From positions 1-58,486 of IMG/VR virus record IMGVR_UViG_3300032246_000177: 58,486 nt of DNA, one strand, 5' to 3'. The notes beneath the pieces are model-generated. The model saw nothing but the letters and a program-made list of their open reading frames with translations, did not search any database and was not told the origin of the DNA. A program made the translations under genes and the position numbers. This document shows, in pieces, positions 10,562 through 18,978 of this stretch. The DNA is from a virus (lineage: Duplodnaviria; Caudoviricetes). How positions within the stretch are numbered: position 1 is the first letter of the stretch; every line of letters starts with the position of its first letter.

Positions 10562-10616
10562 TGGGAGGTTACGGCGTTCTCCTCTTTTCGCCTGCAACCC
10601 ACGGTTGCCCTCCCAA
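10562..10616 (+). ncRNA. Candidate small structured RNA or convergent terminator with an anti-SD loop
   Basis: GGGAGG/CCTCCC stem encloses GGCG-TTCTCCTCTTTT-CGCC and GCAACC-CAC-GGTTGC hairpins. TATACT at 10550-10555. Confidence 0.45.
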
Positions 10617-10617
10617 C

Positions 10618-11400
10618 TTACTCAGTACATTCACATGGCACATCAAATCCAACAAATGGTAACTCCATTTGAGATTTATGCATGAGTATTATTTCAGACC
10701 AAGCATAATTTCTACCAAGCCCTTTGATGGTTGTTAATTCAGCTTGTTTTTCAATTGCCAATGCTCGTTCAACTAAGTCTGGATGTTTTTCGTATAAATC
10801 AATAATTTCTTTTGGTTTTGAGCTTGGACAAAAGAAACATGCTGATTTTGCAACATTTATAATGTTATGTCGCTTCAAAGCGTCAAGACAATCTTCCCTT
10901 TCCCAATCCCAATCAATCAAGGGATATGAGTATTCGTATTTTGGATCATCCCGTTTTGCAGCGTTGTTTGCTCGTCTAGTTTCACCAGCATCATAACCAA
11001 TGTATTTAATGCATTTTGAGCCTGTTTTCCACCATTCAATAGCTGGAGTCCAAGAGTTTAAAAACTTGTCTTGTGGCGCAATCTTATGCTTCTGAGAGCA
11101 TGATTTAAAACCATAGGCTATAGATGGTAAGTTTTTGCGTCTGTGGCATTCTTCTTCCAAAGTTTCTAAGCTTCCATCTTTACGAACCCTTTTTACTACA
11201 GTAATTTTTGGCAACCCTTTTTTAACCAACCATTCACTAAACACCTCAATATGCTTATAGGTCTCTGGTCTTTCGCCTCCAGTATCTGCAAACAGTATTA
11301 AATCTATTGGAAGTTCTTTTTCGTATAGCCCCAAAATCATTCCAGTGCTATCTACTCCTCCCCCAAAAGCAACTATGTGTGGTTTATTCATATTATTCAC
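10618..11400 (-). CDS. PAPS-reductase-family (adenine nucleotide alpha hydrolase) protein
   Basis: FGGGVDS PP-loop, FADTGGE, IGYDAGE, YPL and KSACFFCP motifs. Confidence 0.8.
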   Translation of the reverse strand: MNNMNKPHIVAFGGGVDSTGMILGLYEKELPIDLILFADTGGERPETYKHIEVFSEWLVKKGLPKITVVKRVRKDGSLETLEEECHRRKNLPSIAYGFKSCSQKHKIAPQDKFLNSWTPAIEWWKTGSKCIKYIGYDAGETRRANNAAKRDDPKYEYSYPLIDWDWEREDCLDALKRHNIINVAKSACFFCPSSKPKEIIDLYEKHPDLVERALAIEKQAELTTIKGLGRNYAWSEIILMHKSQMELPFVGFDVPCECTE

Positions 11401-11699
11401 TTAAAGATTCTAGAAGCTTCATCCTTCTCGTGTAATATTTTGGTCGTGGCCTCCAATAACTCAAGTTGGGTAATGGCATAAGCTTTCTCGAAGGCTTTAG
11501 CTCCAAGTCCGTGAACACCGGTATTGCCTCTGTGATGCTCTGGGCAGAGACCGATGACAGGGGAATTATCTCTCTTACCTCCATACCGACGTATATGGTG
11601 TATCTCACAGGGGGTGGGTCCGTAACCAAGATGTTTGCAAAGTATGCAGCCGATGTCTGCAACACTCGAAAAATGTTTTCTTTCATCTTTTGTTGGCAT
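11397..11699 (-). CDS. Ref-like / HNH-type zinc nuclease
   Basis: CILC...EIHHIR...LCPEHHRG pattern. Likely start MPTKDE. Confidence 0.65.
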   Translation of the reverse strand: MPTKDERKHFSSVADIGCILCKHLGYGPTPCEIHHIRRYGGKRDNSPVIGLCPEHHRGNTGVHGLGAKAFEKAYAITQLELLEATTKILHEKDEASRIFK

Positions 11700-11943
11700 C
11701 AACCATCTTTCTAATAAACTCCCCAGCAATATCTATGGGTGTTAATTGTTTAGGTTCTAGTTTTAGTATAAATCCATCAGCCAAATGCCAGCCTAGATTA
11801 ATGTCTCTAATAAGCATTCCAGCGTCCATTAAAGCCCTTGTATGGGCGCCAACAGAGGCTCTTCCCAATCCTACATTGATGTCAACCGACAGAACTCCTG
11901 GGTTCTTCGCTATGAATTCCAATATCAAAGTCTTCTTGTCCAT
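11683..11943 (-). CDS. Winged-helix DNA-binding protein (putative)
   Basis: ILEFIAKNPG...SVGAHTRALMDAGML. Confidence 0.5.
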   Translation of the reverse strand: MDKKTLILEFIAKNPGVLSVDINVGLGRASVGAHTRALMDAGMLIRDINLGWHLADGFILKLEPKQLTPIDIAGEFIRKMVDANKR

Positions 11944-12040
11944 AGTAAAAATAGTAAGATCCGTCTGGTAATATTTTGTACTGCGGCATGGGTACTCCAG
12001 CCGCTCTTAGGGCTAGTATAACCTCTTCTATTTCATCCAT
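11882..12040 (-). CDS. Hypothetical protein
   Basis: GAGGA RBS before MDEIEEV; lies within the operon. Confidence 0.45.
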   Translation of the reverse strand: MDEIEEVILALRAAGVPMPQYKILPDGSYYFYYGQEDFDIGIHSEEPRSSVG

Positions 12041-12198
12041 GGTCTGTTCCTCTTGGCTTGGGCGCATAGCCCTTGTACCGCTGGTGGATCCTGTTTTGTT
12101 ACCTCAGAACAGGCGTAAATTGACGGCTCCGAATGCGCATAAAAAATCCACGCAAACAGAGTTATCAAAACGATTGTTGTTAAAATTAATACTTTCAC
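12028..12198 (-). CDS. Small membrane-anchored protein (56 aa, not in ORF track)
   Basis: GTG start overlaps the upstream TGA. MKVLILTTIVLITLFAWIFYAHS hydrophobic N-terminus; two Cys. Confidence 0.55.
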   Translation of the reverse strand: MKVLILTTIVLITLFAWIFYAHSEPSIYACSEVTKQDPPAVQGLCAQAKRNRPWMK

Positions 12199-12497
12199 AT
12201 GTAATTCTTTGCTTGTTTACCTTTAGGAAGGACAAATGAATCAATAGGATAAGACCTCATATCCCCATCTTCCCAGCGTACAAAAACCCTAGAGTCATCT
12301 GCAGCCCAACATCCCATCAAAGACTTTCCATTTCCAAGGTAGCTATATGCCAAAAAGGTATTGGCAACATCTTTGCATTTAAGATCTGTTAGCGCAATCC
12401 TACCTCCGCCTTGATTTGGTATCTCAGCTACTACGGCTGCGTTTACGCTTAGGGACAATATCGACAATACCACCAGTAATAGCTTTTTCATTTTCAA
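12195..12497 (-). CDS. Secreted/periplasmic hypothetical protein
   Basis: Signal peptide MKKLLLVVLSILSLSVNA; a Cys pair. Confidence 0.65.
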   Translation of the reverse strand: MKMKKLLLVVLSILSLSVNAAVVAEIPNQGGGRIALTDLKCKDVANTFLAYSYLGNGKSLMGCWAADDSRVFVRWEDGDMRSYPIDSFVLPKGKQAKNYM

Positions 12498-12609
12498 GTT
12501 CCTCTAATAGTTCATCTGCCATCCTTACTGCGCCAACAGGATTTCCACAGTTTACTAGCGCAAAACAAGCCGCTAGAAACCTCATATGCTCACGATCTTT
12601 ATTTTCCAT
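12424..12609 (-). CDS. Hypothetical protein
   Basis: Operon-coupled ORF. Confidence 0.55.
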   Translation of the reverse strand: MENKDREHMRFLAACFALVNCGNPVGAVRMADELLEELENEKAITGGIVDIVPKRKRSRSS

Positions 12610-12886
12610 TTTGTTCCAGCATATTAATGCTCTCCACTAATATATCGCTGAGCCTGTCATTGCCAATCAATAAGATAGAAGCTTCTTTGGTATCACGAAT
12701 TACTTGAATGGAGTCTCTTAATCCTTTGTTATACCCACTATTAAATTGATCCATACCATCTAAAGCTACAGCCAAAGCGTCTCTTACAAAAGAAGAAGCA
12801 CTGCGATTTTTCTGTGCCTTCTCTTTTAATAAGGTTACATGGTCGCTTGGCAAATATAAGCAATACGGAACTAGTTTGCTTTCCAT
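12599..12886 (-). CDS. Hypothetical protein (ribbon-helix-helix-like N-terminus)
   Basis: YCLYLP...SASSFVRDAL. Confidence 0.5.
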   Translation of the reverse strand: MESKLVPYCLYLPSDHVTLLKEKAQKNRSASSFVRDALAVALDGMDQFNSGYNKGLRDSIQVIRDTKEASILLIGNDRLSDILVESINMLEQNGK

Positions 12887-13287
12887 GCTTTGAACTCCTC
12901 ATTTAATCGCTCGAACACAGTTCTAGCTTTCATATTAGTTTTAATATCTGCACGGGACTCTATATCTAAATAAGCACATAACCAGTCCTTTGCAGCTTCT
13001 TCGCTTCTCTCAAACAAGTAACCATGTTCATGCAAGAAATCCCAGAACTGACGATCTCTGCAGATAATGCCAGCTACTTTGACTGCTTGGGATCCAGCAA
13101 AATCCTGACGATCCATTGGCTCTTCATTATCGGCTAAACGAACCATAACCACCATGTACCTAGAGCCTACAAAATCCCTCAGAATCTCGTCAGGAGACTC
13201 GTCAGGATGTATAGCTAGGGTAAGTACATGGCCGTCTTTAGTCTGCTTGAGAGCTACTTTCTTGGCTTCAAACTGACTAGTTTCCAT
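12871..13287 (-). CDS. Conserved phage hypothetical protein
   Basis: AGIICRD..FW...LCAYLDIESRADI motif; operon-coupled. Confidence 0.6.
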   Translation of the reverse strand: METSQFEAKKVALKQTKDGHVLTLAIHPDESPDEILRDFVGSRYMVVMVRLADNEEPMDRQDFAGSQAVKVAGIICRDRQFWDFLHEHGYLFERSEEAAKDWLCAYLDIESRADIKTNMKARTVFERLNEEFKAWKAN

Positions 13288-13631
13288 TAATACGTTCCTG
13301 TAACTAAAAGCTTAATGCGTTGCCAAAAAGTTAGCAATCGAACTGGCTTAGAGTTAGCTTGCATATCTTCAAACAATTTCTTATATGAATCGCATTCACG
13401 CATTTCAGTAGCCAATGCTGTTTGCAAACGTTTGGCTAAACCCTCCCAATCCGTGACTGGGGGAATCCAACCTTCGCTGCTAACGCTTGAATTTAGGCGG
13501 TTTAACTCATCAAAAGACAATGAGTCTCCAATCTTCATCTTTTCCAAGGTTTTGGTATTGCGACTGCCCGCTGGACGACCACGTTTTTTGGTAGCTTTTG
13601 CCGCTACCGCTGGCTTTTTAGTTACGCCCAT
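13287..13631 (-). CDS. Hypothetical protein with AT-hook-like motif
   Basis: KKRGRPAGS. Confidence 0.55.
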   Translation of the reverse strand: MGVTKKPAVAAKATKKRGRPAGSRNTKTLEKMKIGDSLSFDELNRLNSSVSSEGWIPPVTDWEGLAKRLQTALATEMRECDSYKKLFEDMQANSKPVRLLTFWQRIKLLVTGTY

Positions 13632-13885
13632 GGATCTTTCTCCGTTGTAGAAACTGCTGGTTGGTCTTTCTTAACATAGGTATCTATAGAAACAGAGATG
13701 CCCTTTTTGCCAGATGCAAAAACCTTCTTCCATGCAGAAAGCTTGATCTCTACTAAAGGCTCACCCTTGTCCATTAGTTCCTTGAGATAGTCACGTTCAA
13801 TCTTAATGTAACCATTCATATCGGGCGCCTTCTCAGAACGCTTCTCATCGACAAAAAACAACATACCTTTATTTGGATATTCCAT
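13622..13885 (-). CDS. Putative ssDNA-binding protein (DUF736-like)
   Basis: KAPDMNG...LSAWKK, with a DPW tail; next to the ERF-like gene. Confidence 0.55.
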   Translation of the reverse strand: MEYPNKGMLFFVDEKRSEKAPDMNGYIKIERDYLKELMDKGEPLVEIKLSAWKKVFASGKKGISVSIDTYVKKDQPAVSTTEKDPWA

Positions 13886-13895
13886 TTACTTCTCC

Positions 13896-14606
13896 TTATT
13901 TAAAAGACTTCTTGGTGGTGTTAAAACTTGTAATTAAATCCGCATGAAACTCAGGATCTAGATCTTTTGCTCTCTCAAAAAGAGAGCGGTTTACCTTAAA
14001 GATGTTGTCCACATCGTCAGGTTTGGTTGCTAAAGCTAGCAATGCTGCTGTGCCAGCCTTCAACCCAGCCATCCACTCTTCTGCCGTTCCCTTATCGTTA
14101 ACTGGCTTCAGAGTCCATTCACCTGGCAAGGCGATTGCTTCAGATAGCTTAATGCTTGCAACTGCTGGTTGTGTTTTGGCAGTAGCTACAGGCGCAACTA
14201 CTGCATCAGGCTTTTTTGCTGATGCCTCATTCGGGTTTGTTACCGGTTCAATGGCATCATTTTCCACAATCTCAAAGGCATTAACCCAAAGATAGCGTCG
14301 TAAATATGTCTGAACGGCGCCCAAATTTTGAACATCATGGCAACCTTTTAAGGCAGCAGATGACATTGGTGATGTAAACATTACTGAAGTGCCGTCTTCC
14401 GTGTCATTAATTTGTAGGAAAGCCATTTCGTGATTAAACGATACAACACCGCACAAACTCATCTCAGAACAGATCTTTTGAATAGCCGGCAAGAAATCAC
14501 CCAACTCAAAGTAATGATATCCAGCAAACTTATTATGACCAGATTTCTTCAGTGGTGTGTTTTGTAACCGTATACGGGCATCTTGTAGCTTTTTATAAAC
14601 GCTCAT
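13896..14606 (-). CDS. ERF-family single-strand annealing protein
   Basis: KSGHNKFAGYHYFEL...QNLGAVQTYLRRY. Confidence 0.8.
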   Translation of the reverse strand: MSVYKKLQDARIRLQNTPLKKSGHNKFAGYHYFELGDFLPAIQKICSEMSLCGVVSFNHEMAFLQINDTEDGTSVMFTSPMSSAALKGCHDVQNLGAVQTYLRRYLWVNAFEIVENDAIEPVTNPNEASAKKPDAVVAPVATAKTQPAVASIKLSEAIALPGEWTLKPVNDKGTAEEWMAGLKAGTAALLALATKPDDVDNIFKVNRSLFERAKDLDPEFHADLITSFNTTKKSFK

Positions 14607-14824
14607 TTTATTTCCTCTTTATGTGTTTCTACTTCAATTAACTTCTGTGTGTAATGCAATACTTTTCGAAGGTCATCAATGCCACCCTTCTTTCTCCAGC
14701 GGGTAATGTACTTCACAATGTTTCCCTCTAGATACCCAAGGTCATTGGCAATAATGTAATCCCATGGTTGCACCGCATTATTTTTGTAATGCGTACCACC
14801 GACTTGAGAATCATTAGCACTCAT
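14603..14824 (-). CDS. DUF3310 (SaV-like / T7 gp1.7-like) protein
   Basis: QVGGTHY...GNIVKYITR..KKGG..DLRK. Confidence 0.85.
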   Translation of the reverse strand: MSANDSQVGGTHYKNNAVQPWDYIIANDLGYLEGNIVKYITRWRKKGGIDDLRKVLHYTQKLIEVETHKEEIK

Positions 14825-15036
14825 AGACGTTGTACCTGATGTGCTTTGTGTAAAACCCACTTCTTGCCCATCTTTTTAATGCAATCCTTGATAGCTTTCT
14901 CATTACGAGCTTGCATTCCAGCAATCTCTTCATCGGTCATACATCCGTAGTACATCGTGTCACCAATCGGAAACCAATCATTCCTTCGCTTGCCAATAAA
15001 CTCTTCATTAAAACGATCCATTAGTTGCTTAAACAT
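14821..15036 (-). CDS. Hypothetical protein
   Basis: Operon-coupled ORF. Confidence 0.55.
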   Translation of the reverse strand: MFKQLMDRFNEEFIGKRRNDWFPIGDTMYYGCMTDEEIAGMQARNEKAIKDCIKKMGKKWVLHKAHQVQRL

Positions 15037-15200
15037 TATTTCATCCCCTCCAAAATGTTGTCATATTTCTTTTGTAGTTCAACAATTGCATCCTGTAAGC
15101 AATCCAATTGAATAACTTGATGCATTGCTTCAAACTCTTCATAGAAGTAAACGGTTGCCTCTTCAATGTTTTCATCGTAGTTAAATGTAAATAAACTCAT
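15036..15200 (-). CDS. Hypothetical protein (54 aa, not in ORF track)
   Basis: MSLFTFNYDE... fills the gap with stop/start overlaps at both ends; AGGAG RBS. Confidence 0.55.
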   Translation of the reverse strand: MSLFTFNYDENIEEATVYFYEEFEAMHQVIQLDCLQDAIVELQKKYDNILEGMK

Positions 15201-16072
15201 TGCTTCTCCTTTAGGTAGGTTTGATACTGATCACACCATTGGGCTACCGGACAGAATGACGAGCAACGAGTGCGGTCTCCTGGACGAACCTCCAATTGAT
15301 ATCCTTTTCCAGCTTTTTCTAAAGCTATTTCGGCAGCATCTAGTTCTTCATGAACTGACTTTGCTCGTGATGCACCTTCTTTTTTTACTGCATACATCGT
15401 GGGCTTTTCCCACATCTGCTCAGGAGTACATAAAGGCAACTCCTCTCCAGTCTCAGCCGCAAATAAAGCTCCCGAATGTATGTGAATAAGGTTGCGGATG
15501 AATGATTCTCTTTCTTCCATAGGCCACAAGTTAATACTAATTACAGCAACTGGCGCTTCTGGATATCCCTGACGGTTCTGCGCATCTCTGCGATTCCAAT
15601 CACGAATGATGGCTACGATGTCTAGCTTGACTACTGGGGCTTGTTTAACACGCTCTACCAACCACGCATAGATGTTTAACTGTTGCTCCCACTCCACCTT
15701 CTCGTTCATTACAGACCACGCTCCTACGGTCTTATAGTCGCTGATCTCAATGCCATCTTTAACAACTTTCTGAAGATCAATGGCGCCCGAAATATGCCAG
15801 CCATCTATATCTGTATGTAAGCGTTGTTCTACGATATGGTTTTCATCCTTACCTTGTTCTAATACAGAATGAATAGCAGTGCCAAAGATAGACCAAATCA
15901 TTTCAGATACATCGGTCGTAATCTGCTCGTCATACTTTTTGCGCAACAGAACAATGCGTGGGCTATTGATCAACTCGGTAGCTGATAGATGAGCCTTACC
16001 TTTGCTATAGGTAGGGCGATCCAAGACATTCATAAATGTCTGCGGAAGGTTATATTTATTGGTTAATTTCAT
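15197..16072 (-). CDS. PD-(D/E)XK / Cas4-like exonuclease
   Basis: GTAIH, ISGAID, DYKT, QLNIY motifs and C-terminal RCSSFCPVAQWC. Confidence 0.8.
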   Translation of the reverse strand: MKLTNKYNLPQTFMNVLDRPTYSKGKAHLSATELINSPRIVLLRKKYDEQITTDVSEMIWSIFGTAIHSVLEQGKDENHIVEQRLHTDIDGWHISGAIDLQKVVKDGIEISDYKTVGAWSVMNEKVEWEQQLNIYAWLVERVKQAPVVKLDIVAIIRDWNRRDAQNRQGYPEAPVAVISINLWPMEERESFIRNLIHIHSGALFAAETGEELPLCTPEQMWEKPTMYAVKKEGASRAKSVHEELDAAEIALEKAGKGYQLEVRPGDRTRCSSFCPVAQWCDQYQTYLKEKQ

Positions 16073-16227
16073 TTCTGTTTGTCCAACCAAAACTTCAAAT
16101 CAATCAACGCAATAATCAAGTCATTGCACTTATTCCAAGAGCCAAGAAAATCACGCTGTTGCAATAGTTTGCTTAATTCCTTTTCGCCTTTTTTAAGCTC
16201 AAGGATAGTTTCTGAATAATCAATCAT
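16069..16227 (-). CDS. Hypothetical protein
   Basis: Likely start MIDYSE. Confidence 0.5.
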   Translation of the reverse strand: MIDYSETILELKKGEKELSKLLQQRDFLGSWNKCNDLIIALIDLKFWLDKQK

Positions 16228-16228
16228 C

Positions 16229-16531
16229 TTATCTTCCATAAGGAACATAACCTTGGCGGTTGCCTTGGTTGTCAAAGTAATTTACTGTTCCGCTAGGGCT
16301 TTGAACCGCATAGCCTTGACGATTACCTTGGTTGTCATAGACACCATTGTTCGAGTTGTAATTGTTTTGACTATTGTTCCAATTGTTTGGATTGTTGTTC
16401 CAATTGTTAGGGCTATTATTGTAGTTGTTTTGACTGTTATTCCAGTTGTAAGGATTGTTATCCCAGCTAGTTACTTGTGCGGAGGCTACTCCACCTAGCA
16501 ACAGCAATGCTGCTAATAATTTCTTCTTCAT
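16229..16531 (-). CDS. Secreted Asn-rich heptad-repeat protein
   Basis: Signal peptide, NN(S/N)(P/Q)NN(W/Y) repeats and two DNQGNRQGY copies; AGAGGAG RBS. Confidence 0.75.
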   Translation of the reverse strand: MKKKLLAALLLLGGVASAQVTSWDNNPYNWNNSQNNYNNSPNNWNNNPNNWNNSQNNYNSNNGVYDNQGNRQGYAVQSPSGTVNYFDNQGNRQGYVPYGR

Positions 16532-16542
16532 GGCTTCTCCTC

Positions 16543-16689
16543 TTATTTAGTTGCCATCATCCATAAGCCAACATTGGCTCCAGCGTATCCTAAGTAACAT
16601 ACAAACATCGGTACATTACCTTTGACAAACTGTTCTATTGCAATATACAGGTAAATTAAACCTGTTGCAATGATTAAATTACCACTCAT
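16543..16689 (-). CDS. Small two-TM membrane protein
   Basis: MSGNLIIATGLIYLYIAI...YLGYAGANVGLW. Confidence 0.6.
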   Translation of the reverse strand: MSGNLIIATGLIYLYIAIEQFVKGNVPMFVCYLGYAGANVGLWMMATK

Positions 16690-16720
16690 AGGGTATGTCC
16701 TAGTATTTGTGTTGTAAAAA

Positions 16721-17155
16721 CTAAGAAAGCTGGGCAAATTGAAAGCGTTTTTTAGGAACACTATAAAAATATTCGCCTTCTTTAATGTTGCAATTAGGAT
16801 TTTCAATCAAATCACAGTTGGTAATTTGGTTGGTATTTATCCACAAAGCTTTAGTAAAGTTTTTGTTGACTACAAAGTAGATGGTTGGCAAATCGTTATC
16901 AAACAGTTTTGCCTTGCGCTCTGGTATATGAACGGTCTCAAATGGAAACTCCCACCTGAATGAAGGCCTGACTTCAACCTCCACATAAATCTTGTTCTTA
17001 CCATTTCTACTACAAATTAAATCTACTTCATACTTCTTATAATCTTGAGCATACAAATCCCACTCCCGAAGAAGAAACTTTTTAACGGCTTCTCTTCCAG
17101 GTATGTCGTACTTATCGCTAAGTGACTGGTCGTAGGTTTTGTAGGCTCCAAGCAT
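16721..17155 (-). CDS. PD-(D/E)XK restriction-fold nuclease-like protein
   Basis: VDLI...YVEVEVR...ERKAK. Confidence 0.55.
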   Translation of the reverse strand: MLGAYKTYDQSLSDKYDIPGREAVKKFLLREWDLYAQDYKKYEVDLICSRNGKNKIYVEVEVRPSFRWEFPFETVHIPERKAKLFDNDLPTIYFVVNKNFTKALWINTNQITNCDLIENPNCNIKEGEYFYSVPKKRFQFAQLS

Positions 17156-17952
17156 TATGCAGATCTAGGTAACGCCCCACTAAATCCATATGTACCGGTA
17201 TGGGTAAAATGCGCCCAAGGAGCGCACCAAACCCTAAAGCCAGCCTCACGAGCAATCTTGCAGAAGTGGTAATCTTCAGACAATAAACGATTGCTTTCTT
17301 CATCAATACTGGTAGCAAAGAACTCTTTAATTAATTTAACTTCTCTTACTGTATCTACCGCATGATACATATCATTTGTATAGCTAGGCACTTTAGTTTC
17401 TAATCGTTCAAAAACCTCACGTTTAATCAACATAAAACCTGTACCACCGTTGGCAATCTCAATAGGCTCGTTAATGTTGCCCGTAGCACTTTGTACGCCT
17501 GATGGTAAGTTCAATACAAATGCTCCTGTGTGCTGGCTTAGTTCTTGTGGGGGTACTCCAGCTTTAACGGCTTCGGTTACTTGTACCCAGTTGATTTCCT
17601 TCTTAGGATATAAACCACAAATAATATCTTTGTCTGCCGCAAGCATCCTAGGAATATCGTTAGGATTAAAACCAATATCAGCATCAATAAACATCAGATG
17701 GGTAGCATCGGATTTCATAAAGTCATATGCCATGCTATTTCTAGCACGGGTAATTAAAGACTCGTTCATCATAAATGAGTAGTACATTTGAATACCAGCT
17801 TGACCAAACGTACCTACGCACTGCATAACTGCTGAAGCATATAGGCCAGTACACATACCACCATACATTGGTGTAGCTACAAATAATTTAGCAGCTACTT
17901 TTGGTTTTTGTTGTACGAATGGTGCAATCTTTTTGTCGTTTTTAAAACTCAT
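17155..17952 (-). CDS. GT-A fold glycosyltransferase
   Basis: VATPMYGG, SLITRARN, FIDAD (DxD), GTGFMLI and SEDYHFC motifs. Confidence 0.8.
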   Translation of the reverse strand: MSFKNDKKIAPFVQQKPKVAAKLFVATPMYGGMCTGLYASAVMQCVGTFGQAGIQMYYSFMMNESLITRARNSMAYDFMKSDATHLMFIDADIGFNPNDIPRMLAADKDIICGLYPKKEINWVQVTEAVKAGVPPQELSQHTGAFVLNLPSGVQSATGNINEPIEIANGGTGFMLIKREVFERLETKVPSYTNDMYHAVDTVREVKLIKEFFATSIDEESNRLLSEDYHFCKIAREAGFRVWCAPWAHFTHTGTYGFSGALPRSA

Positions 17953-18101
17953 TTTGTTTCCTTTTTTTGGTCAATGTATTGTTTAAGTATACTTAATATG
18001 CCAGCCTCAACTAATACGGCCAGCCCTTCCTTATCGAAGTTGACTACTGCATCAGCAGATCCATCTTCATATTCTTTAATAACCTCTAATTGGATATCCA
18101 T
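17949..18101 (-). CDS. Hypothetical protein (50 aa, not in ORF track)
   Basis: MDIQLEVIKEYEDGSADA...; overlaps both neighbours. Confidence 0.55.
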   Translation of the reverse strand: MDIQLEVIKEYEDGSADAVVNFDKEGLAVLVEAGILSILKQYIDQKKETK

Positions 18102-18781
18102 TATTTTCTCCAGGGCAACGGTTCGCCATATGCCCGTTTCATTTGTTCATTACCTTGTCTAAACATTTCAAGTAATCTTTCGGGCGCTCTGTAATTAACC
18201 GTAGCCTTTCCCGTGCATCCGAAGGAAGGCAAAGTTGCGGCGGCAGCTTTATAGAAGGGTCTGTCTGCCCCCCATTGTCCGTAGAATTTATGCGCAATAG
18301 TAACCAAATATTCCCGCCTAAAGCAGTAACAATTAGTATCGACAAAATTGAGTGTGTGATCATAAAACGTCGGCCATCTGCCAAGGCTTTCACAATCGTC
18401 GTCTCCAATGTATTCTCCATCCTCATTGCATATTCTCCTCAAGCTATAAGACCACATTAAATCTTTACTTTTAATTTTATTAATCATGGTTTCCACATGA
18501 TTAGGCTCGAACCAATTATCCTCATCCAAAAATAGGATGTAATCAGCATTTACCATTAGAGGCATGGCTGCATAGACTCGGTGTCCATACCATCCATTTC
18601 CGCCTACATTCTCAGGTAATTCAATTACTTTTTTAAGATCGGTATTCTCAAAATATTTAGACTTTTGAATCCCATCTAAAACCAAAAGATGCTCAGTCTT
18701 CATGGTTTGATCTCTAACACTTTGTATTGCCTTATGTACCGTATCTTTCCCAGTAGTAGGAGTGATTACCATTATCCGCAT
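18101..18781 (-). CDS. Glycosyltransferase family 2
   Basis: VITPT, SVRDQT, LFLDEDN and WGADR motifs. Confidence 0.85.
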   Translation of the reverse strand: MRIMVITPTTGKDTVHKAIQSVRDQTMKTEHLLVLDGIQKSKYFENTDLKKVIELPENVGGNGWYGHRVYAAMPLMVNADYILFLDEDNWFEPNHVETMINKIKSKDLMWSYSLRRICNEDGEYIGDDDCESLGRWPTFYDHTLNFVDTNCYCFRREYLVTIAHKFYGQWGADRPFYKAAAATLPSFGCTGKATVNYRAPERLLEMFRQGNEQMKRAYGEPLPWRK

Positions 18782-18978
18782 GTCTTAATTACCTTTCCTT
18801 GAGACTCCTGATATACGCAACCGCCTTGCATCTGCGGGCGCTTAAACTCCCTGATATGGCGGCATTCTTGTTCTGCTTTTACTGGAATAGTTTTATCCAT
18901 GCAGTTGTATTCAGCTACATAGACTTGGGACTGGTCGCAACCAGCTAACAATAAAATGGGCAATAAGTACTTAATCAT
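18772..18978 (-). CDS. Putative lipoprotein
   Basis: Lipobox LLAGC. Confidence 0.65.
   Translation of the reverse strand: MIKYLLPILLLAGCDQSQVYVAEYNCMDKTIPVKAEQECRHIREFKRPQMQGGCVYQESQGKVIKTCG

Noticed and set aside
11393-11686. Alternative-frame 97-aa ORF over the Ref-like nuclease
   Set aside because: No motifs; the other frame carries the Cys/His nuclease pattern. It is start/stop coupled, so it is not fully excluded.
15197-16072. Cas4-like gene as evidence of CRISPR-Cas
   Set aside because: No other cas genes or array; it lies close to ERF as a recombination exonuclease.
16360-16465. 21-bp periodic repeat as a CRISPR array
   Set aside because: No unique spacers; explained by the Asn heptad coding repeat.
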